From Candidatus Eiseniibacteriota bacterium (lineage in GTDB: Bacteria; Eisenbacteria; RBG-16-71-46): DNA of 64,000 bases. The notes under the pieces were generated by a model. That model saw only the letters and a list, made by a program, of their open reading frames with translations. It made no database searches and was not told where the DNA came from. A program made the position numbers and the translations under genes. Below are positions 57,735-64,000 of the stretch, piece by piece. The stretch is from contig CAVSAC010000014.1 of assembly GCA_963725865.1 (NCBI GenBank), positions 1,248,001 to 1,312,000 of the forward strand. Direction: 5' to 3'. Positions within the stretch are counted from its first letter, which is position 1. Every line of letters starts with the position of its first letter.

Positions 57735-58718
57735 CCGGTACATCACCTTGATCTTCCCCCAGCTCGTCGCGCGGGTTGGAACCACGAGGTCCGGCACCAC
57801 GGCGATCGGCCCAGCCATCTCGGATACGCTGATGGACGCAGGAAACTGCGTCGTCTGAAACGCGATGCAGTCGGAATGGACCTTCGCGCACCCCGTGGTC
57901 ACCAGGACGCCGTCGGCTCGGATCGCAATCCCAAGCGCGCCGCATTCGCCGAGCCAATAGTACTGAGGTTGATAGTCCGTCGGCCCTGCGGGAAGCTCTG
58001 TTCGCAAGAGGCATTGCGCAGATCCCCGTAAGGAACCTGACTGCGTCGACCAGAGCGAGCCATCCGGCGCAACCGCCACGTGGCTCGGGCCGGCAAACGG
58101 CGAACCTTCGTCGACGCTGGTTTGCATTCCCGTCGCCGGATCGACACGCATCAATCCGCCTGCGATCAGGGTGAACCACGGGTTCGTCTGACAAACGTAG
58201 AGCGCCCCGTCGGGACCAAACGCGAGCCCTGCCGGCAGCGTGAGGAGTCCTCCGGAAGTCACCACGGCCTCCACCGCGCCGTCCGGCGACAGCTTGAGCA
58301 CTCCCGGCGCCGATCCTTGCACGCTCACATAGATCGCGCCTTGCGGCCCCACCGTGATCCCGGTCGGCGAGCCGCCCTGGAGCGAATCGATGGATACGAA
58401 GAGCGACTGAGCAGCGGTGGCGGGATCGACCCGCACGATTCCGATCGCCGGGACCGCCACGAGGATCTCGCCGCGACCAGTCACTGCGAGATCGACCAAC
58501 CGGCCACCGTCGGTGTCCAGGAACCTGTCGCAGTACCCACCCGATGCGACGACGGTCGGCACCATGGTGGCCCCGTCGAACGCGACGATTCTCGATGGCC
58601 CACCGCCCCGAGTGATCGCCATGACGAAGTCGCCTGGGTTCAGCACGGCGGCGGTCGCCGGCGCGGGCAGGAGCGTGATGAGGAGCGCGAGAGTCCACCG
58701 GCTCGGCTTCGTGATCAT
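57732..58718 (-). CDS. Secreted NHL/Vgb-like beta-propeller protein with C-terminal SWGKIKVMYR motif
   Basis: Signal peptide; repeats P.G(I/L).VGP.G.(I/L)YV; ends PTRATSWGKIKVMYR. Confidence 0.75.
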   Translation of the reverse strand: MITKPSRWTLALLITLLPAPATAAVLNPGDFVMAITRGGGPSRIVAFDGATMVPTVVASGGYCDRFLDTDGGRLVDLAVTGRGEILVAVPAIGIVRVDPATAAQSLFVSIDSLQGGSPTGITVGPQGAIYVSVQGSAPGVLKLSPDGAVEAVVTSGGLLTLPAGLAFGPDGALYVCQTNPWFTLIAGGLMRVDPATGMQTSVDEGSPFAGPSHVAVAPDGSLWSTQSGSLRGSAQCLLRTELPAGPTDYQPQYYWLGECGALGIAIRADGVLVTTGCAKVHSDCIAFQTTQFPASISVSEMAGPIAVVPDLVVPTRATSWGKIKVMYR

Positions 58719-58894
58719 GACGATCCGCTTTCTCGGACCGAGGGTGCGCGCAGGGCCCACGCGTCACCGAGTACCGGATGGCTAGGCCGGCCCTCCATCG
58801 AGCAAGACCAGCACGACAGTTGGGGAGGCCGACTCGATGCTCCCGCTGGGCCACCAGCCCGTCAAGCGGCACGCTCGTCCCGCGCCACTCCGCC

Positions 58895-60265
58895 CTACAC
58901 CCGCGCCAGTGCCTCCTGCAGATCGTGAATGATGTCCCGCGGATCCTCGACCCCGAGCGACAGCCGGATGCCGCCCGGATCGATCCCGGCTTTCGCCTGT
59001 TCGCGCGGCGGAATCGCGGCGTGCGTCATCGAGGCCGGATGCTCGATCAGCGTGCGCACCTGGCCCAGGCTCACGGCCAGCGTGATGGCGAGCGAGTGCC
59101 CCGCGATCCAGTCCATCACCCGCGCGCCGCGCCGCCGCGCCTGCGCGGGCGAGCCCTTGAGCGCGAAGTAGAGCAGGATGCCGGGGGCGAAGCGGCCGTC
59201 GGGGCTGCGCATCTGGCGCCGCGCCAGCGCGTATTGAGGGTGCGAGCGCAGGCCGGGGTAGCGCACGAACGCCACCTTGGGGTGGCGCTCCAGCCAGCGC
59301 GCGACCTCGAGCGCGATCTCCTGCTGGCGGCGCGTGCGCAGCGCCAGCGACGGCATGCCGTACACCAGCGCCGGCCACGCGCTGCGCGGTGCGAGCGGCG
59401 CGCCGAAGTCCTTGCGGTAGAGCATCAGGTCGCTCTCGAGCAGCCGCGGACCGATCACGGCGCCGCCCATGTCGGTGCCGAAGCCGCCGATGTTCTTGGT
59501 CAGGCTGTGGCAGACCAGGTCCACGCCATGCTCCAGGGGGCGCTGGCAGAACGGAGTCGCGAACGTGTTGTCCACGACCGTGAAGATGCGGCGATGCTTC
59601 TTGCCGCGCCGCGCGCGCGCCCGCCGTGCGTTCGCGCGGGCGACTGCGCGCGTGACCGCGCGCATGTCGATCAGCTCGAGCGTGGGGTTGCACGGGGTCT
59701 CGAAGTAGAGCGCCATGGTCTCGTCGCGCGCCAGCGCGGCCGCGAGCTGGGCGGGATCGGTGACGTCGATGAAGTCCGCGGTGATGCCCAGGCGCGGGTA
59801 CCAGTTCGCCATCAGCGAGTAGGTGCAGCCGTACAGCGTGTGGTGCGCCACCACGCGGTCGCCGCTGCGCAGCAGCACGCCGAGCGCGCCCGCGATCGCC
59901 GCCATGCCGGTGGCGTAGCACAGGCAGCGCTCGCCGCCCTCCATGAGTGCCAAGTTCTCCTCGAGCATGCTGCGCGTGGGTTCCTCGAGGCGGTCGTAGA
60001 TGTAGATCGGCTTGTGGGTGGCGCGGTTGAATTCGGGGTTCGCGAACTCCACGAAGCCTTCGGCGCCGCGCTTGACGCTCTCGAGCCGGTAGGCAGCCGA
60101 GGCCGAGATGGGCGGCACGATGTGGTCGGAGTAGTTCCAGTGCTGGGTGTGGTAGCGGCCGTGCACCTGCACGGTGTCGGACCGGTAGCGCTCTTCGATC
60201 CGCGTCCCGAGCCGGCCATACGGATGCGGCTTCGGACGCGCGCGGCGCGTGCGGCGGGGAGCCAT
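58895..60265 (-). CDS. Cys/Met metabolism PLP-dependent enzyme (methionine gamma-lyase-like)
   Basis: TGMAAI, LYGCT, ETPCNP, VDNTFATP, HSLTK (PLP lysine), AVSLG and IRLSLGVE motifs. Confidence 0.9.
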   Translation of the reverse strand: MAPRRTRRARPKPHPYGRLGTRIEERYRSDTVQVHGRYHTQHWNYSDHIVPPISASAAYRLESVKRGAEGFVEFANPEFNRATHKPIYIYDRLEEPTRSMLEENLALMEGGERCLCYATGMAAIAGALGVLLRSGDRVVAHHTLYGCTYSLMANWYPRLGITADFIDVTDPAQLAAALARDETMALYFETPCNPTLELIDMRAVTRAVARANARRARARRGKKHRRIFTVVDNTFATPFCQRPLEHGVDLVCHSLTKNIGGFGTDMGGAVIGPRLLESDLMLYRKDFGAPLAPRSAWPALVYGMPSLALRTRRQQEIALEVARWLERHPKVAFVRYPGLRSHPQYALARRQMRSPDGRFAPGILLYFALKGSPAQARRRGARVMDWIAGHSLAITLAVSLGQVRTLIEHPASMTHAAIPPREQAKAGIDPGGIRLSLGVEDPRDIIHDLQEALARV

Positions 60266-60300
60266 GCTCGACCTCCTGGAGTCGGGACGGCGGACGGGCG

Positions 60301-61293
60301 TCAGCGCGTGCTCCGGGGGCGCGGCCGCAGACGCACGACGTCGTCGATCTGTTGCGGGTCGTCGGGGAACAGCCCGACGCGCGCGAGGCGGGGCACCAGC
60401 TCCACCCAGCGCGGCTCGGCCGCGAATACGGCGCGGAACGTCGCGCGCGCCTCGTCCTTGCGGCCGTTGGTGTACATCGAGATCGCCGCCCAGAAGCGCA
60501 GCTCGACCACGTCGGGCGCCAGCCGCGCGGCGTCGGCGTACGCGCGCAGCGCGGAGTCGGGCTGGTGGGCGGCGATGAAGTTGTCGCCCGCGTCCTCGCG
60601 CAGGTACGCGCGCCGCAGGCCCACCAGGCGGCGCAGCTCCTTCAGCGGGTACGGGTGGTCCTCGACGCGCAGGTCGAAGAGCCGGTCCTCCCACGGCTTG
60701 CCGCTCGCCTGCGCGCGCACCACGATCAGCGCCGCCGACTGGCGCCCGCGGATGTCGCCGCCCGCGGCCTGCGCCGCATCGAGCGCCGCCAGCAGGCGGT
60801 CCGCCAGGTCGCCGCGCGCGTGCTCGTAGGCCGCGCTCATCGCCGGCCACACGCGCGGGTTCGCCATCAGGTTCGCCTGCGCCGAGTACTGCGCGCCGCT
60901 CGCGTGGCCGGCGTCGGGAATGCACAGCTTGCCGGTGTGGGTCGCCACGTTGCCGTGCGCGTCGATCATCGCGACCTGGCGCACGTCGGGGTTGGGATCC
61001 GCGCGCAGCAGCGAGTCGAGCGCCGCGCGCGCGGTCAGGCCCTGGCGCATCAGCGCGAGGCCGTTGGGGCCGTAGTCGATCAGCACCAGCGACTGGGTGG
61101 CGACCGCGCCAACGCCGGCCTCGGCCCACGGCACCACCGGGCCGACCGAGAAGTAGTGCGACTGCACCGCGACGCCGATCTCGCCGGTGACGGAGTCGCG
61201 CGCGACGATCGAGAAGGTGTGCGCGAGCGGCTGTGGCGCGACACCCGGCGCGACCAGCGCGAAGGCGAGCAGAGCGGAGGCGAACGAGGTCAT
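60301..61293 (-). CDS. DUF1028 (Ntn-hydrolase-like) protein with C-terminal TPR
   Basis: TFSIVARD, GVGAVATQS, GGDIRGRQSAAL, DLRVEDH motifs. Confidence 0.9.
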   Translation of the reverse strand: MTSFASALLAFALVAPGVAPQPLAHTFSIVARDSVTGEIGVAVQSHYFSVGPVVPWAEAGVGAVATQSLVLIDYGPNGLALMRQGLTARAALDSLLRADPNPDVRQVAMIDAHGNVATHTGKLCIPDAGHASGAQYSAQANLMANPRVWPAMSAAYEHARGDLADRLLAALDAAQAAGGDIRGRQSAALIVVRAQASGKPWEDRLFDLRVEDHPYPLKELRRLVGLRRAYLREDAGDNFIAAHQPDSALRAYADAARLAPDVVELRFWAAISMYTNGRKDEARATFRAVFAAEPRWVELVPRLARVGLFPDDPQQIDDVVRLRPRPRSTR

Positions 61294-61439
61294 CGCGCGG
61301 CATGATAGCGCGCCGTCCGCCGGAAACGAATCGGCCACGGAGTGCGCCGCGGCGCGCGGGCGAAGGGAGCGAGCCGCGGCGGCTCAGACGCGCGCGCCGG
61401 GGCGGCGGGCACCGCGCCCGCTCCGCGCCGCTCACGATC

Positions 61440-62690
61440 TCAGGCCGGCAGCGCTCCCCAGTGGTCGCCGAGCGCCATCGTCCCCGCGGGGTCGAGCGCC
61501 GCTCTCAAGCGCGTGCGCAGCGGCCCCAGCTCGGGCTGGCGCGCGAGCGCCGGCACGACGCCGTCCGCGGCGCGCGCGCCGATCAGCTGAAAGCCGGCGG
61601 TCGCGAGCGCGTGCGCGGCCTCGATCGCGCGCGTCGTGGTGGGGAACACGTGCAGGCGCCCGGCCGGCGCGTGGAACACCAGCGCGGCGGCTTCGGGCAG
61701 CGCGAGCAGCGGAGCGAGTGCTGCCGGCGTGTTGGACGGCGAGGTGCCCGAGAGGCGCGTCGCGTGCGACTCCTCGAGGTCCGCGAGCGACTGCACGAGC
61801 GCCATCGCCTCGGCGCCCGCGAGCTGGAGCCGCTCGGTGCCGAGGCTCGCGCGCGCGGCCGCGGCCTGCTGCTCCACCCACGGCGCGTCGTCCTCGAGCA
61901 CCAGCACCACCGCGAACGCGCCCCCGCCCGCGAGCGCCGGTAGCGCCGCCGCGGCCGCCGGCCCCAGCACGGTGAGCGCGGCCGGCTCCAGGCGCGGCAG
62001 CGCCGACCAGCGCGCCGCATCCGCCAGCAGCGCAGGCTCCGCGTCCCACACCAGCGCGCGGCGCACCGCCGGCGCCGGCAGCAGCTTGAGGCTCGCCTCG
62101 AGGATCACAGCGAGTCCGCCGCGCGCCCCGCACAGCAGCCGGTGCACCGCGTAGCCCGCGACGTTCTTCACCACGCGGCCGCCGGTGCGCGCGAGCGTGC
62201 CGTCGCCGAGCGCAAAGCGGGCGCCGAGGATGCGATCGTGCGGCGCGCCGAAGCGCAGCCGGCGCGGACCCGAGGCGTCGGCCGACAGCACGCCGCCGAG
62301 CGTCGCGCGGGCGGCGTGCGCCGCCTCGAGCGGCAGCTCCTGTCCGTGCGCGGCAAGGTGGGCCCGCAGCGCGCCGAGCGAGATGCCGCACTCGGCGGTG
62401 ATGGTGAAGTCCTCGGGCGCGTGCTCGACGACGCGATCGAGCGCCGTGAGATCGAGCGCCACGTCGTAGCGCGACGGCGGGCTCCCGTGCGCCAGGCCCA
62501 CGCCGCCGCCCCACGGCACCACGCGCAGCCCGTCACGGGTCGCCGCGCGCAGCGCCTCGGAGACCTCTTCCCGGCTCGCAGGCCGCAGCGCGAGCCGCGG
62601 GGTCACGCCCGCCAGCGCGTAGGGCGCCACGTCCCGCGCGCGCGCGGGATCGAGACCGAGGTCGTGGGCCCCCAGCGCGGCGGCCGCCAT
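61440..62690 (-). CDS. glcE: FAD-binding oxidoreductase, GlcE-like
   Basis: ATLGG, SGPRRLRFG..D.ILG, GGRVVKNVAGY, LDPAG motifs; start overlaps the upstream stop (TGATG). Confidence 0.85.
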   Translation of the reverse strand: MAAAALGAHDLGLDPARARDVAPYALAGVTPRLALRPASREEVSEALRAATRDGLRVVPWGGGVGLAHGSPPSRYDVALDLTALDRVVEHAPEDFTITAECGISLGALRAHLAAHGQELPLEAAHAARATLGGVLSADASGPRRLRFGAPHDRILGARFALGDGTLARTGGRVVKNVAGYAVHRLLCGARGGLAVILEASLKLLPAPAVRRALVWDAEPALLADAARWSALPRLEPAALTVLGPAAAAALPALAGGGAFAVVLVLEDDAPWVEQQAAAARASLGTERLQLAGAEAMALVQSLADLEESHATRLSGTSPSNTPAALAPLLALPEAAALVFHAPAGRLHVFPTTTRAIEAAHALATAGFQLIGARAADGVVPALARQPELGPLRTRLRAALDPAGTMALGDHWGALPA

Positions 62691-64000
62691 CAGCGCACGA
62701 GGGCGATCCGTGCCATGCGCACGCGGTCGCGCTCGGTCAGGCGCACCAGGTAGACGCCCGGCGGCAGCGCGTCGAGGCGCTCGAATCGCGCGGCGTGCTC
62801 GCCGGCGCCCGCGATCGCCTGGGTGCGCACGCGGCGCCCCGCGAGGTCGAGCAGCTCGAGCCGCGCGGGCGTGTCGCCCGCGAGCGCGAACCTCACGGTG
62901 CACTCGGTGCGCGCGGGATTCGGGGTCGCGAGCAGTCGCGCCAGCTCCGGCGCGCGGCCGGCTGGCACGTCGAGCGGGCCCGAATAGGGCAGGTAGTTCA
63001 CGCGCAGTGTCACCGCGCTCGCGGCCTGCGCGTCGTCGTTCTCCCACGCCACGTACGCGCCGCCCGCGCCGTCGTCGAGCAGCGCGCGCACGCCGCCGGC
63101 CTGGCCGCCGCGGTTCACGACGCGCCCGCTGTCCGGCTGGGCGGGATCCGGCGTGCCGTCGCCCCGCACCCAGCGCGCGCGCACCAGGCGCTTGCCCGCG
63201 TCGCGCAGGTCCTCCCACACCATCATCACGCCACCGGCCAGCCCGGTCGCGATCGAGAACGCCGGGAACGGCGTGCCGGACGGGTAGGTGCCGCCGGGAT
63301 ACGCGGCGGCCGCGTCGAGCAGCGAGCGCCCGCCCGCGGGCCAACCCGTGGCGAGCACGCCGCTCGCGACCACGCGCACCGCGCGCACGTCGGTGCCCTG
63401 CTGCCAGCCCACGTACGCGCCACCAGCGCCGTCGCTCACCACCTTGAACCCGCCCACGTTGGTGGCCGCGTCCAGCGCCAGCACGCCGGCCGCCGGCCAG
63501 CCGGCCGCGAGCGTGCCGTCGCGATGGAAGCGCTGCACCCAGATGCGGCGCGGGCCGCCGGCGGTGGAGTCGAACCACGCCGCGATCCAGTGATCCGGGC
63601 CCGAAGGCATCAGCGCCAGCAGCACGTCCTGGAATGCGTTCGAGGAGCCCGAGGTGCCGAGCTGCAGCCCGGCCGCAGGCCAGCCGGTCGCGACCGCGCC
63701 CACGCCGGTGTAACGCACCACGCGTGGCTGGTCGGCGATCCACAGCGCGTACACGCCGCCCGTGCCGTCGGCGCGCACCTGCGGCGGCCACGAGTTGATG
63801 CCGAAGTTCGGATCGGTCGCCACCACGCGCCCGGCCGCCGGCCACGCCGCGTCCCGATGCCCGTTTGCCAGCACGTGGTGCAGCCACAGCTCGTCGTCCG
63901 AGGCGTCGACCCACGCGATGAAGCCGCCGCCCGTGCCGTCGGCGGTCACGGACGGATAGAACTCGATCGACGTGGTCGCGGCGATGGTGTCGCCCGGCGT
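62690..64000 (-). CDS. Secreted repeat protein with FlgD-Ig/T9SS-like CTD (5' partial)
   Basis: Repeats DG.GG.(Y/F)..W and GWPA.G; CTD 'TPNPAR...LDLAGRRV...PGVYLVRL'. Confidence 0.75.
   Translation of the reverse strand, partial: TPGDTIAATTSIEFYPSVTADGTGGGFIAWVDASDDELWLHHVLANGHRDAAWPAAGRVVATDPNFGINSWPPQVRADGTGGVYALWIADQPRVVRYTGVGAVATGWPAAGLQLGTSGSSNAFQDVLLALMPSGPDHWIAAWFDSTAGGPRRIWVQRFHRDGTLAAGWPAAGVLALDAATNVGGFKVVSDGAGGAYVGWQQGTDVRAVRVVASGVLATGWPAGGRSLLDAAAAYPGGTYPSGTPFPAFSIATGLAGGVMMVWEDLRDAGKRLVRARWVRGDGTPDPAQPDSGRVVNRGGQAGGVRALLDDGAGGAYVAWENDDAQAASAVTLRVNYLPYSGPLDVPAGRAPELARLLATPNPARTECTVRFALAGDTPARLELLDLAGRRVRTQAIAGAGEHAARFERLDALPPGVYLVRLTERDRVRMARIALVR

Noticed and set aside
58761..58780. 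Possible third YR-stop / IS target site (tcaccgagtacc)
   Set aside because: Only a short resemblance; no IS end beside it and no upstream ORF with the WG tail.

Overview
Very GC-rich bacterial chromosome segment. About ten secreted proteins carry a C-terminal FlgD-Ig/T9SS-like sorting domain (CTD), and two end in a 'WGxxKxxYR' tail. This points by inference to an FCB-related lineage such as Candidatus Eisenbacteria. The backbone is ordinary: ABC transporters, amidohydrolase, MprF-like protein, HU, aspartate kinase, YcaQ, fused MFS/spermidine synthase, GlcF and GlcE, Zn-dependent dehydrogenase, DUF2339, DHS-like homospermidine synthase, a PAS hybrid kinase, a Met gamma-lyase-like enzyme and DUF1028. 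It also holds a Cyc2-like cytochrome-porin. Four accessory zones interrupt it. (1) 16.9-18.8 kb: a degraded low-GC stretch with an ISNCY-like transposase fragment. (2) 23.6-32.8 kb: a tandem array of three mosaic paralogs of a large secreted CTD protein plus a 40-aa mini-remnant. (3) 34.3-44.8 kb: two ~5 kb two-gene cassettes bounded by three ~160-bp direct repeats of the DUF2339/dehydrogenase gene junction, with conserved ends, divergent interiors and no integrase. (4) 53.8-58.9 kb: a DUF222-like HNH nuclease with internal perfect DNA palindromes, an internally deleted IS110, and two unrelated WGxxKxxYR genes whose stop codons each abut an IS110 right-end copy. Many frameshifts between 18 and 36 kb may be long-read assembly errors. 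No rRNA, tRNA or CRISPR array was recognised. All calls come from reading the sequence by eye; no database searches were run.
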